This document shows, in pieces, positions 17,790 through 27,276 of a stretch of 40,359 nucleotides of DNA. Source of the stretch: Planctomycetota bacterium. GTDB lineage: Bacteria; Planctomycetota; SZUA-567; H5-PLA8. A program made the position numbers and the translations under genes. The stretch covers positions 1 to 40,359 of the forward strand of contig JAZDLP010000323.1 of the NCBI GenBank assembly GCA_043801885.1, in the 5' to 3' direction. Positions within the stretch are counted from its first letter, which is position 1. Every line of letters starts with the position of its first letter. Under the pieces are notes generated by a model. The model did not search any database, had not been told where the DNA came from, and saw nothing but the letters and a program-made list of their open reading frames with translations.

Positions 17790-20700
17790 ATGAAGCTATT
17801 CAAAATCCACAATTACCTTTGGTTAATAGTGGCTTTGATTATGGTCGTCGCGGGTCGGTCAATGGCCGAAGACATCATGGTCGAGCTATCGTTTAAGGAA
17901 GGAGACCTGTCGTACCGAACGTTAAACGGAATGGAGATCGTAAATCTCAAGGAAGGCAAATTGTCGGGAAACAAGCCAGGTACGCCGCGGCTCCCGGCGC
18001 GGTTCATCAACGTACTGGTGCCCTCAGGGGCGCAAGTGACCGACGTCAAAGTCGTGGCGGAAGAGGCGATGGTTCGGCAGAATGTCAGTCTGTACCCAGT
18101 CCAGCCCCCGTGTTCTCCGAGCCTTCCACGTCCCGCTTTCGTGCCCGCTGATCCGGTGGCGTACGCGAGTGGCGAGAAGACTCCTGCGGCACTGGCGGAG
18201 CAAGGCCAAACACATACGATGAGTGGCTACACGTTCGTGTCGGTTCGCTTGAATCCCGTAAGATATATCCCCGCAAAAAAGGAACTGTATCTCGCTGGGA
18301 AGATGACAGTGACGGTCACGTTGGGCGCGGTCAGAAAGGCGCTGCCGGCCCCGGTAAGGAATAATGAGATATTTGATCGTATGGTAAAGGCGATGGTGGT
18401 CAATCCCGGTCAAGCAGGCGCAAATCCATCCGTTCTGAAGGGTGTACAGACGCTTGGCCTCTGTGATTATTTGATCATCACCAACGACGCTCTGGTCGCG
18501 TCCTTCCAGAATCTCGCTACTCAACGCCGGATAAATAACGGATTCACCACGGAAGTCAAGACGGTCGCAAGCATCTACAGCGGCTACGCCGGCAAGGACA
18601 ACCAGGAGAAGATCCGTAATTGCATCAGAGACTACAAGCTCAACAGAAGTACGCTGTATGTGGTCTTGGGCGGTGATGATACGGTCGTTCCTGTTCGCGG
18701 CTGCTACGTACTCTGCAGAGACGACAATGAAGGCGACATCATTGAGCCCGCCATGCCAACCGACCTATACTATTCGGGTCTCGACGGCTCGTGGGATGGC
18801 GACGGCGACGGAGTGTACGGCGAAGCGGGCGCGGGCGAGGACGGTGACTCCGTGGACCTGGCCCCAGACGTCATTGTGGGGCGGATACCCGTGCAGGATG
18901 CCACTCAAGCCAACGCATACATCAACAAGCTCATCGGCTTTGAGAACAGCCCGCCTTCCCAAGCATTCTACCGGAAGATGATGGTCATGGGCGCAATGGC
19001 GTGGAATACGTATAGCGGTACAAGCCGGCCGTCGGATGTGTGTAACGACGGGCATTCGGAGTTCCAGGCGCACAGTCCAGTCAGCGACACCGAGATCTGG
19101 GTTCGGCGCGCGTACCGAGACAAGATCAGACCATTCTGGGAAGCGACTACGGAATTTGCGGTCTTCACGGATACTATGACTCATTGGGACGGAGCGGGCG
19201 CGGCCGGCAACTACCTGATGAACTCGACGAACATGGTGACTCGTTTCAACGAGGGCTGGCACTTTGCCTACATGTACACGCACGGCGACACTACGCTCTG
19301 GGGCGCCGAAGGAGAGGAAACCTTTGACATCGCGAACGCTGCGTCCCTGACGAACAACACGCCATTCATCTACACAGCGGCCTGCAATACGGGCGGGTTC
19401 GACGTGGGCGAACCTTCTCTCAGCGAGGCGTTCCTGCGCAATCCGAACGGTGGCGCGCTGGCCTACATGGGATGCAACCGGTACGGCTGGGGAGATCCGG
19501 AAACCATTTATGGCGGCCCTTCGCCAGACTACGCCAACGAGTTCTACAATCAGATGTTTGCTCAGAAGCGAACAATTCTGGGCGAAGCCTTCGCCATGCA
19601 CAAGGCCGCATTTATCGCGGCGTCCGCCACGAACGATGCGGAACGATGGATTCAGTTCGGCTTGAACCTGCAGGGTGACCCCGCCATGCGGATCGTACTC
19701 GGTGATAGCGTCCCGCAGATACTCACAAACACGACAGCCTTACCGGTGCCAGAAGGCGACACGAACACATTCAATGTGAAGCTGTCCTCGGTGCCCGCTT
19801 CCGACGTGATGGTAACCGTCGTGCGAATAACCGGAGACACCGACATCAGCGTGTCATCGGGCGCGAGTTTGACCTTCACGACGGCCAACTGGAACACGTA
19901 CCAGACCGTCACACTAGCGGCGGCGGAAGACTCTGACGCGCTCAACAGTTCCGCGACCATTCGGTGTTCGGGGATTGGCAACCCCATTGATGTAATCGCC
20001 ACGGAGGAGGATAATGATCGTCCGACCGTGACGCTCACGGTGACAGACGCCAACGCCTCGGAGACGGGGCCCGATGTTGGAACTTTTACGATCACGAGGA
20101 CTGGGAGCACGGCGACAGCGCTTAACTTGCGAATAATAATGGGTGGCTCGGCGACCAACGGCACGGACTATGTCGCGATTTCATCGCCAGTCACCATCCC
20201 GGCCGGTTCCGCGTCCTTGATTGTGAACGTGACGCCTATAGATGACACGGTGCCGGAGTTCACCGAGACCGTCGTGGTATCGCTGCTCAAAGGCATTCCA
20301 GATGAGTACAATATTGGTTATCCGAATGGAGGAACTATCTCGATAATAGATAACGAACTGCCCATGATCACGGTCTCGGCCACCGATCCGGATGCGGATG
20401 AAACCGATTGGATATTTGACACTGGAAAATTCACGATCTTGCGAACCGGGAATCCGGCGGCAGCTCTGACCGTAAACTTCACTCTGACTGGAACGGCGAC
20501 AAATGGCGCTGACTACCACAACCTCGCCACCTCGACAACCTTCGATACCGGCGCAATGTCGAAGAATATAGTTATAACGCCCATAGACGATACGATACCT
20601 GAGTTCACCGAGACAGTGATATTGACTATCACGAATGGCGCTGGATACATCGTGGGCACATCGCTGAATACAATGGTGTGGATTCTTGACAACGACAGAA

Positions 20701-21479
20701 CGGAGGAGATGCGGATTCTAACGCCGAACGGTGGCGAGACCTGGATCGCGAACACTTGCGCGAAGGTGACTTGGACGACTGCGCGCGTGGTTGGCAATGT
20801 TGACATAGAAATTACGATTGCCGCGGATACCCCGGGTGGCGCATGGACGACGCTCGTATCAAACACGCCGAACGACGGAACTCAGGTCGTAGCCGTGCCG
20901 AACACTCCGAGCGCATACTGCCAAGTGTGCGTCAGCGCGAGCAGCAGCGGCGATCCCAGCGCTTATTCGGATGCGAACTTTACGATTGAAGTCAGCGGCA
21001 GCACACCGCCGACGATCACAGACGTTACTATCTCGAAAGCGCGTATCAAACTAAACTTCCGCAAGCCCAATTCGGATATGCTCGTTCTCTCCGGCGCCGT
21101 GCCGATACCTCTGGGCTTTACTCCAAAAGACAAGTCAGTCGTGATTGCTATCGGCGATTATGAAAGCACGTTTACGCTGAACGAAAAACGCAAAGTCGTC
21201 AGCGGCAACGATTCGCTAAAGCTGGCTGGAAAACTTAGGAGAGGTGTCTATATCTCTGGCCCGATGAAATTCATTTACACAGTCAAAAAACAAAACCTGT
21301 TTGACAAGCTAAAAAACTACGGCTTCGTCAATGATGACGTTGTCAGACCGGGCAACTCGATTGATTTGCCGGTGCGTATAACTGTAGATGGCGACAGTTA
21401 CTTGAATACGTTGACCGTGACATACACGGCCAAGAAAGACAAGAACGGTTCGGCGAGAACAATGAACCGTGAACAGTGA
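17790..21479 (+). CDS. Secreted C25 (gingipain-like) cysteine peptidase with propeptide, two Calx-beta-like domains and an unknown C-terminal domain
   Basis: RBS AAGGAG; signal peptide; PGTPRLP propeptide; DYLIIT, YVVLGGD..VP, TDLYYS, VGRIPV, catalytic YTHG and AACNTG, NLQGDPA; repeated GTFTITRTG..ATNGxDY..TPIDD..E.TETV; TPNGGETW module. Confidence 0.9.
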   Translation: MKLFKIHNYLWLIVALIMVVAGRSMAEDIMVELSFKEGDLSYRTLNGMEIVNLKEGKLSGNKPGTPRLPARFINVLVPSGAQVTDVKVVAEEAMVRQNVSLYPVQPPCSPSLPRPAFVPADPVAYASGEKTPAALAEQGQTHTMSGYTFVSVRLNPVRYIPAKKELYLAGKMTVTVTLGAVRKALPAPVRNNEIFDRMVKAMVVNPGQAGANPSVLKGVQTLGLCDYLIITNDALVASFQNLATQRRINNGFTTEVKTVASIYSGYAGKDNQEKIRNCIRDYKLNRSTLYVVLGGDDTVVPVRGCYVLCRDDNEGDIIEPAMPTDLYYSGLDGSWDGDGDGVYGEAGAGEDGDSVDLAPDVIVGRIPVQDATQANAYINKLIGFENSPPSQAFYRKMMVMGAMAWNTYSGTSRPSDVCNDGHSEFQAHSPVSDTEIWVRRAYRDKIRPFWEATTEFAVFTDTMTHWDGAGAAGNYLMNSTNMVTRFNEGWHFAYMYTHGDTTLWGAEGEETFDIANAASLTNNTPFIYTAACNTGGFDVGEPSLSEAFLRNPNGGALAYMGCNRYGWGDPETIYGGPSPDYANEFYNQMFAQKRTILGEAFAMHKAAFIAASATNDAERWIQFGLNLQGDPAMRIVLGDSVPQILTNTTALPVPEGDTNTFNVKLSSVPASDVMVTVVRITGDTDISVSSGASLTFTTANWNTYQTVTLAAAEDSDALNSSATIRCSGIGNPIDVIATEEDNDRPTVTLTVTDANASETGPDVGTFTITRTGSTATALNLRIIMGGSATNGTDYVAISSPVTIPAGSASLIVNVTPIDDTVPEFTETVVVSLLKGIPDEYNIGYPNGGTISIIDNELPMITVSATDPDADETDWIFDTGKFTILRTGNPAAALTVNFTLTGTATNGADYHNLATSTTFDTGAMSKNIVITPIDDTIPEFTETVILTITNGAGYIVGTSLNTMVWILDNDRTEEMRILTPNGGETWIANTCAKVTWTTARVVGNVDIEITIAADTPGGAWTTLVSNTPNDGTQVVAVPNTPSAYCQVCVSASSSGDPSAYSDANFTIEVSGSTPPTITDVTISKARIKLNFRKPNSDMLVLSGAVPIPLGFTPKDKSVVIAIGDYESTFTLNEKRKVVSGNDSLKLAGKLRRGVYISGPMKFIYTVKKQNLFDKLKNYGFVNDDVVRPGNSIDLPVRITVDGDSYLNTLTVTYTAKKDKNGSARTMNREQ

Positions 21480-21501
21480 TTACTCTGTGGTGAACGGTTA
21501 C
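21463..21501. repeat. Heptamer remnant and family D MITE right end
   Basis: tgaaccg tgaacag tga supplies the C25 stop; ctctgtggtgaacggttac (21483-21501) matches family D ends. Confidence 0.6.
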
Positions 21502-21503
21502 GA

Positions 21504-22700
21504 TTACTCGCCCAACGCGCGCAATAACACCGTTGCGTAACAACCAGGCGCCAGAGTAAAGGCAATCACGCGTTTACGGCGTGTTTTATTTTTGGCAGTC
21601 TCATCAAGTTCAAGCGCGGAGATCTGAAATTCCTCCGTGTTGAAAAAAAACGCTCGCAATTCTTCGCCGAAAAATGGCCGACGCACGCCGGGAATCTGCA
21701 ACTCCGCCAGATGGATCGCTTCCGCTTTCAACGTCTCTTCCGTCGCTTCCGCCCAGACGCCCGTTAGTTGCGTTTTGCGCGCCAGCAGCGGAATTTTGAG
21801 CGCGATCAATTCCGGCGGGATGGCGTCCACCGCGGGGAAGAGCAATCGTCCGTAAGCGCTGTTCACTTCCAGCATTTTTTCTCGCGGCGCGCATGTCTTT
21901 TCAATCAATCGTCGCGCCGTCTCGTTCCACAGATACGATTGGTAGGCATAAACGCTGAGTTGTTGAAGCAGATACGGCAGCGCGCAGAACGCCGCGCGAA
22001 AATCTTTACTGGAATTTACGAGTCGTTCGATAGCTTTGCGTTCCGGGCAACGCCGCAGTTTCGGCAGAACTTCGCGCCATTGGCCCCAATGTTTCAGCAG
22101 CGCGCGCTTGAAGACCTTCTGCTCCATGCGATCTTTGCGCGATTCCGTCGCAATGGCCAGCTTAAGCGCGCCCTCGAAATCGCCTCTAATCAGATACTTG
22201 GCGATGAAGCCTTGGTGGTGGCGCGCGGAACCAAAACGCTGTTCGCCGAAGTAGTTGACGATCCGTAGTTGCCCCGCAAGTGAGAAAAACTTCACGGCCT
22301 CATCCATCTTCGAACATTGCTCGACGCTTAAATTTCGCAGCACGATGCGGAATCGGTTGCGGTGAATATCTGAGGCGGTCAGCGAGCGCGACACGAAACC
22401 CAGCCGTTCCAGTTCCCACCCGGGACCAGACGCCTTGTCCGGAGCGTTTTCTTTCTTCTCCAGTTTTAACGTGATCTGCTGAATCGTGCTGGCGTGCTTG
22501 TCTTTGAGGCCGCCGTAAGCCAGCGCGCCGGACTTGACGCCCAATTGCCGCGCAATGCGTCCGATCGCTTCCGGCGTAGCCAGTCCCTGTTTACGCAACC
22601 GATACAATGCAAAAGCGTCCTGCTCGGAACGCTGCGCCAGAAACTCCGGCTTCAGAATCTCTTCGACCTGAAAATCGTCGGGACAGTGTTTAATCGTCAT
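21504..22700 (-). CDS. truD: tRNA pseudouridine(13) synthase
   Basis: IKHCPDDFQVEE, catalytic GLKDKHA, NRFRIVLR, NYFGEQRFG, AYQSYLWN, FTLAPGCYATVLLR. Start taken at ATG 22700. Confidence 0.93.
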   Translation of the reverse strand: MTIKHCPDDFQVEEILKPEFLAQRSEQDAFALYRLRKQGLATPEAIGRIARQLGVKSGALAYGGLKDKHASTIQQITLKLEKKENAPDKASGPGWELERLGFVSRSLTASDIHRNRFRIVLRNLSVEQCSKMDEAVKFFSLAGQLRIVNYFGEQRFGSARHHQGFIAKYLIRGDFEGALKLAIATESRKDRMEQKVFKRALLKHWGQWREVLPKLRRCPERKAIERLVNSSKDFRAAFCALPYLLQQLSVYAYQSYLWNETARRLIEKTCAPREKMLEVNSAYGRLLFPAVDAIPPELIALKIPLLARKTQLTGVWAEATEETLKAEAIHLAELQIPGVRRPFFGEELRAFFFNTEEFQISALELDETAKNKTRRKRVIAFTLAPGCYATVLLRALGE

Positions 22701-22729
22701 GCTAATACTTCCGTTTACACTAAAATTGC

Positions 22730-22850
22730 GCAACCGTTCACAACAGAGCCACAGAGAACACAGAGAACACAGAGATGTAAAAAGGAAAACGCAAGCAAAG
22801 AGAGGTTAAGCAACGACTAATAATAAAATCTATGTTCATCTGTGGTTTTG
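22730..22850. mobile_element. Family D MITE left end with a 9-mer array
   Basis: gcaaccgttcacaacagagccacagagaacacagagaacacagag, similar to 16080-16125. Confidence 0.7.
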
Positions 22851-22914
22851 CCTATGCTACGGAAACACATTGACACCATTCAAACTTCGCATAATGATAT
22901 ATTATTAACAATAA

Positions 22915-22971
22915 GTAGTAACGGTGTATCGCACCAGTAAAATTGCGAAGTATTGGATGACCAACGTATGA
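22915..22971 (+). pseudogene. 3' remnant of a DUF4258-like putative toxin gene
   Basis: [18 protein letters not shown], preceded by an in-frame TAA; its stop overlaps the DUF2283 ATG (ATGA). Confidence 0.6.
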
Positions 22972-23177
22972 AAGTTATTTATGATCGCGAAACAGATACG
23001 CTGACAGTTATTTTTTCAGATACGCTTGTAGCCGAAAGTGACGAAGATAAACCGGGGGTTATTCTGGACTATGATGCTTCAGGCAATTTGGTGTCGTTGG
23101 AAATGCTGGATGCTTCACGCCGCGTCATGCTACCGACGCGATTGAGTATCAAGTCGCCTCAATGCCAATATAGTTGA
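22968..23177 (+). CDS. DUF2283 family protein (putative antitoxin), probable C-terminal frameshift
   Basis: [46 protein letters not shown]. An alternative frame from 23141 gives IEYQVA, which looks like the native end. Confidence 0.8.
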   Translation: MKVIYDRETDTLTVIFSDTLVAESDEDKPGVILDYDASGNLVSLEMLDASRRVMLPTRLSIKSPQCQYS

Positions 23178-23254
23178 TTGACAACATGTATAACGCGACT
23201 TGGCCGCACTAGGGTTTCAATTGAGCGCAACGCTTTTAAAGGAGGAGAACGAAT

Positions 23255-23377
23255 ATGGCGCAGAAAAAACACACAGGTTGGGAACGCAAAAAGAAACGTA
23301 TGATTCGGAATAAACTCATACGTAGCCAACTTGATCGTGAGTCGAAGACCAATGACCCGCAGAAACCGTTGGGCTAA
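23255..23377 (+). CDS. Small basic protein, 40 aa (absent from the ORF track)
   Basis: AAGGAGG, an 8-nt spacer, then ATG; MAQKKHTGWERKKKRMIRNKLIRSQLDRESKTNDPQKPLG*. Confidence 0.55.
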   Translation: MAQKKHTGWERKKKRMIRNKLIRSQLDRESKTNDPQKPLG

Positions 23378-23412
23378 CGGAAAGATGGCAGTATTATATA
23401 CTGTGCGCGGGG

Positions 23413-23990
23413 GAAATCTCGTTTTTTTACCCAGTATAAAAAGTTGAAATCCTAATACTACAACGAACCTTTACCTATGTCCAAGCTACCGCACTGTAAT
23501 CTATTTGGTTTTTGTATCGAAATTTCAAAGTTTGTCGTCGAAAAACATGTCCCGTTAGGGACATACGATAATAGCCCAGCGATTTATCGCTGGGAAAAAG
23601 ACAAATGCGAGATTTAGTCCCGTTAGGGACGAATGAAAGGCGGAAGTATGGGACATTCATACGCACTCAACTGAAGGGGCGGTGGATGGGTAGCTCAAGA
23701 GACGAACGCTACGTATGAGACTAAAGTTCCCGCGCCCCTTCGGGCGCGTTGGCATTTTGACATCGTTGTCCTGTGGCTGAAGCCACAGGCTATTACCCTT
23801 CACGCTTTCAGCGTGAAGACGATTAGGGTGCGCGGTCAGAATTTCAGCCGTGTGCGGTATAGCACCGCAGTCGCTATGACGCTGCGCGTCATCCGGAAAC
23901 AATGAAAATACCGCGCACGTTGCGGTATTTTCGGAGCAGAGTATAGTTTTTTTGTGCCTTTGTGCCTTTGTGGTTAATGTAGACGGTTAC
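23413..23990. mobile_element. Nest of non-autonomous elements (families A, B, D and palindrome-rich REP/PATE-like units)
   Basis: cgtttttttacccagta shared with 7284-7300; family B end at 23452; 23617-23671 is the reverse complement of 39222-39276 (54/55); hairpins cccagcgatttatcgctggg, cctgtggctgaagccacagg and gaaaataccgc..gcggtattttc; tgtgcctt array and gacggttac end. Confidence 0.75.
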
Positions 23991-24019
23991 GTTTAAAGCC
24001 ATTTCAGGAGACTATCGGC

Positions 24020-26080
24020 ATGGTTAAAATCGCTAGTGAAACCATTCGCAACGTGGCTCTCGTGGGGCACAATGGCACAGGCAAAACCACGCTGGCCGAA
24101 GCTTTGTTATTTGCCGCTGGAGCAATCAAAAAGAAAGGCAGCATTGCCGAGAAGAATACAGTCAGCGATTTTGATTCGGATGAGAAAGATCGTGGCCACT
24201 CCATCGAAACCAGCAGCCTGCGTCTGGATTACAACGGCAGGCGGGTCAACGTGTTGGATTGCCCCGGGTTGCCCGATTTTATTGTCGGGGCGATACAAGG
24301 CATCTCCGTATGCGAGACTGCTCTGATCGCCGTCAGCGCGGTCAGCGGCATCGAGGTGATGACTCGTAAATTGTGGAGTATCGCCACGGCGCAAAACAAG
24401 GCGAAGATGTTCGTTATCACCAAGATGGATCATGAGCGGGCGAAGTTCGACGAGATAGTCGAGCAACTGCGCGAAGTGTTCGGCCAGTCCATCGCGCCAC
24501 TATTTCTGCCAATCGGCGTGGGACAGAATTTCAAGGGCGTGATAAATCTGATGAGCGACCTGACTGATTGTCCCGCGGAACTCCGCGAGGAAGCGGATCG
24601 CCTGCAGAAGAGTCTGACTGAAACTGTGATCTCGGCCGATGAACAAATGATGGAACGCTATCTCTCTGACGAAAAAATCTCGCGTGAAGAAATTGCCCGC
24701 TGCCTGACCGCCGGTCTGCTGAACGGCACGGTCACGCCGCTGGTCTGTGTCGCGGCGGAGAAAGATTTGGGGCTAAAAGAATTGCTCGACGTCATCAGCG
24801 AAGAAGTTCCTTCTCCGTTGCAGATGCCATTTCTGCTGCGCCGAGAAAATGCCGAGAGGCCAGGCGGCATCGAAGAGAAAGTTATGACTCCGACTATGAA
24901 TGGCGCGTTCTATGCTCAGGTATTCAAGAGCAAGCGTGATCCGTTCATCGGCAAGATCAGCTACTTGCGCGTGTTTTCGGGCAACTTGCCGATCGGCGCG
25001 ATGGCTAAGAGTTCTTCAACCAATCGGCCGGATAAATTCGCGCACTGCCTGGAAGCGCAAGGCAAGGAGATGAAGGAAAAAGAAGAGGTTGTTTGCGGCG
25101 ACATTATTGTCGTGCCAAAGAACGAGAATCTCAACTTCAACGATACGCTGACCACCGACGAAATCGGTTGGCAGATACCGCCCATTGTTGTACCGACGCC
25201 GATGCAGGCGCTGGCGGTTGAAGCAAAAAATCGCAACGATGAAGCGAAAGTCGCGCAACGGTTGCGTGCTATCGCCGAAGGAGATCCGACTTTCCTGGTG
25301 GAAGTGGTCTCGCAGACGCACGAGCTGGTCATCCGCGGCATGGGGCAGACGCATTTGGACATGATGTTGCAACGACTCAAAAAACAGCAAGTCGAAGTCA
25401 ACACCAGGCCGCCAAAGATACCTTATCGTTCGACTATCGCCGCCGTGGCTGAAGCTACATACACGCATAAAAAGCAGAGCGGCGGCGCCGGACAGTACGG
25501 CCGCGTGGCGATCAAGATCGAACCGAACCTAGGCAAAGGTTTTGAGTTTGTGGATGATATCGTGGGTGGCGTAATTCCGCGGCAGTACATTCCTTCTTGC
25601 GAAAAAGGCGTCGTCAATAAGATGGCCGAAGGGGTCTGGCCGGCCATTCCGGTAGTGGATGTGCGCGTGCTCCTCGTGGACGGCAAGCATCACGAAGTGG
25701 ACTCAAAAGACATTGCATTTCAAATCGCGGCGCGTGAAGCCTTTAAGGAAAGTTTTGAGAAGGCCAGGCCGCAACTCATCGAACCAATCGTCAACTTGGA
25801 AATCGTGGCGCCAGGCAAGTTCATGGGCGATATCACCGGTCACTTGAGCGGCCATCGCGGACGCATTCAGGGTATGGACCAACTTGGCGACATGCAGGTC
25901 GTCAAAGCTCAGGCGCCGGCGTCCGAAGTGCAGAATTATTCGGCTGAATTAAAAGCCATCACCGGCGGCGAAGGCTTCTACACGGTGGAGGTGTCGCATT
26001 ACGATATCGTGCCGGGCAACATTGCCGCGCCAATCATCGCCGCGGCCAAGGCCAGGCAGGTAAAGGAAATGGAAGGCTAG
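24020..26080 (+). CDS. fusA2: Elongation factor G paralog (EF-G2/EF-G-like)
   Basis: IRNVALVGHNGTGKTTL, RGHSI, DCPG, TKMD, GMGQTHL, HKKQSGGAGQYG, HEVDSKDIAF. The G motifs deviate from canonical EF-G (AHIDAGKT/RGITI) and the gene lies outside the str operon. Confidence 0.9.
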   Translation: MVKIASETIRNVALVGHNGTGKTTLAEALLFAAGAIKKKGSIAEKNTVSDFDSDEKDRGHSIETSSLRLDYNGRRVNVLDCPGLPDFIVGAIQGISVCETALIAVSAVSGIEVMTRKLWSIATAQNKAKMFVITKMDHERAKFDEIVEQLREVFGQSIAPLFLPIGVGQNFKGVINLMSDLTDCPAELREEADRLQKSLTETVISADEQMMERYLSDEKISREEIARCLTAGLLNGTVTPLVCVAAEKDLGLKELLDVISEEVPSPLQMPFLLRRENAERPGGIEEKVMTPTMNGAFYAQVFKSKRDPFIGKISYLRVFSGNLPIGAMAKSSSTNRPDKFAHCLEAQGKEMKEKEEVVCGDIIVVPKNENLNFNDTLTTDEIGWQIPPIVVPTPMQALAVEAKNRNDEAKVAQRLRAIAEGDPTFLVEVVSQTHELVIRGMGQTHLDMMLQRLKKQQVEVNTRPPKIPYRSTIAAVAEATYTHKKQSGGAGQYGRVAIKIEPNLGKGFEFVDDIVGGVIPRQYIPSCEKGVVNKMAEGVWPAIPVVDVRVLLVDGKHHEVDSKDIAFQIAAREAFKESFEKARPQLIEPIVNLEIVAPGKFMGDITGHLSGHRGRIQGMDQLGDMQVVKAQAPASEVQNYSAELKAITGGEGFYTVEVSHYDIVPGNIAAPIIAAAKARQVKEMEG

Positions 26081-27186
26081 TGTCACTGATTGCGCCCACA
26101 AAGATTCGCCGCATTGCCATCAACACCGGAGGCGGAGACGCGCCTGGCCTGAACGCCGTGATTCGCGCGGTGACGATGGGAGCCATCAATCGCGGCTGGG
26201 AAGTCATTGGCATTCGTCAAGGCTACAACAGTTTGCTGGGGACCTGCGAGCCTTGCCTGCAGTTGACGCGCCAGGCTGTGCGCGGCATCGCGCATCTCGG
26301 CGGCACTATTCTTGGCACCACTAACAAAGACAATCCGTTCGAGACTTATATCAAATTGCCGGGGGCGAGAAAACCGCGACTGGCAGCCGATATTATCTTC
26401 GAAAAATTAAAGAAGATGAAAATTGACGGCCTGATCGCTGTCGGTGGCGACGGTTCATTGGCAATCGCCTACAAGTTAATGCAGATGGGCATCCCGGTGA
26501 TCGGTGTGCCGAAGACTATAGATAACGACTTGAACGCCACAGACCGCACGTTCGGGTTTGACACTGCCGTCGAGACGGCCACGTATTGTATGGATCGGCT
26601 GCATTCTACCGCTCATGCGCATAATCGCGTGATGGTGGTCGAAGTGATGGGACGCTATGCCGGCTGGATTGCGCTGCACTCGGGACTGGCAACGTCGGCT
26701 GACGTAATTCTAATCCCTGAGATTCCATATAACATGAAAAAGATCGCCAAGTTTCTACTCGCGCGCAAGCAAGGCGGTCGGCCGTATGCCATCGTGGTGG
26801 TTGCGGAAGGCGCCTGCGAAGCGGGCCAAAGTTTTATCTTTAGCGGCAAAAAAAAGCAAGGCCGCGAAGCGCGGTTGAGCGGCGCGGGCGAATATGTGGC
26901 AGGCGCTATTCAGAAATTGACTGGCATGGAGACGCGCTCGCTGGTGATTGGTCACATCCAGCGCGGCGGCTCGCCAACCACATTTGATCGTCTGCTGGCG
27001 CTGCGGTACGGCGCGGCGGCGGTGCGCATGGCCGAAGCCGGCCAGTGGGGACACATTGTATCGTACCGACCGCCGCTGATGGTAACCGCGCCGATCGAAC
27101 AGGCCATCCGTGATCGTAAACTCGTCCCGCTTGATTCCGACACTATGCGCACAGCGCGCGATCTAGGATTGTGTCTGGGCGACTGA
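26080..27186 (+). CDS. pfkA: 6-phosphofructokinase (PfkA family, probably ATP-dependent)
   Basis: TGGGDAPGLNAVIR, GGTILGT, GGDGS, PKTIDND, VEVMGRYAGWIAL, GHIQRGG. The GTG start overlaps the fusA2 stop. Confidence 0.95.
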   Translation: MSLIAPTKIRRIAINTGGGDAPGLNAVIRAVTMGAINRGWEVIGIRQGYNSLLGTCEPCLQLTRQAVRGIAHLGGTILGTTNKDNPFETYIKLPGARKPRLAADIIFEKLKKMKIDGLIAVGGDGSLAIAYKLMQMGIPVIGVPKTIDNDLNATDRTFGFDTAVETATYCMDRLHSTAHAHNRVMVVEVMGRYAGWIALHSGLATSADVILIPEIPYNMKKIAKFLLARKQGGRPYAIVVVAEGACEAGQSFIFSGKKKQGREARLSGAGEYVAGAIQKLTGMETRSLVIGHIQRGGSPTTFDRLLALRYGAAAVRMAEAGQWGHIVSYRPPLMVTAPIEQAIRDRKLVPLDSDTMRTARDLGLCLGD

Positions 27187-27190
27187 TCAT

Positions 27191-27269
27191 GTACCGCAGG
27201 CGTCCCGCCTGCCTCTCGCCCATGAGTCGCCGCATTTATCAGAACAGGCAGGCGAGACGCCTGCGGTAC
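27191..27269. repeat. Inverted REP doublet (REPIN-like)
   Basis: gtaccgcaggcgtcccgcctgcct ... aggcaggcgagacgcctgcggtac; related to the REPs at 15361 and 38112. Confidence 0.85.
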
Positions 27270-27276
27270 GAGAAAT

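Noticed and set aside
20020-20700. Internal repeats in the C25 gene as a DGR template/variable pair
   Set aside because: They are diverged duplicated Calx-beta-like domains; I see no adenine-specific mismatch pattern and no reverse transcriptase nearby.
16080-21501. Composite transposon carrying xylB and the C25 peptidase between family D ends
   Set aside because: The left MITE has its own TSD on both sides, and GAATATTT is not repeated after 21501, so these look like independent insertions.
23475-23902. Short minus-strand ORFs (63 and 81 aa)
   Set aside because: They are translations of palindromic repeat DNA with no recognisable protein motifs.
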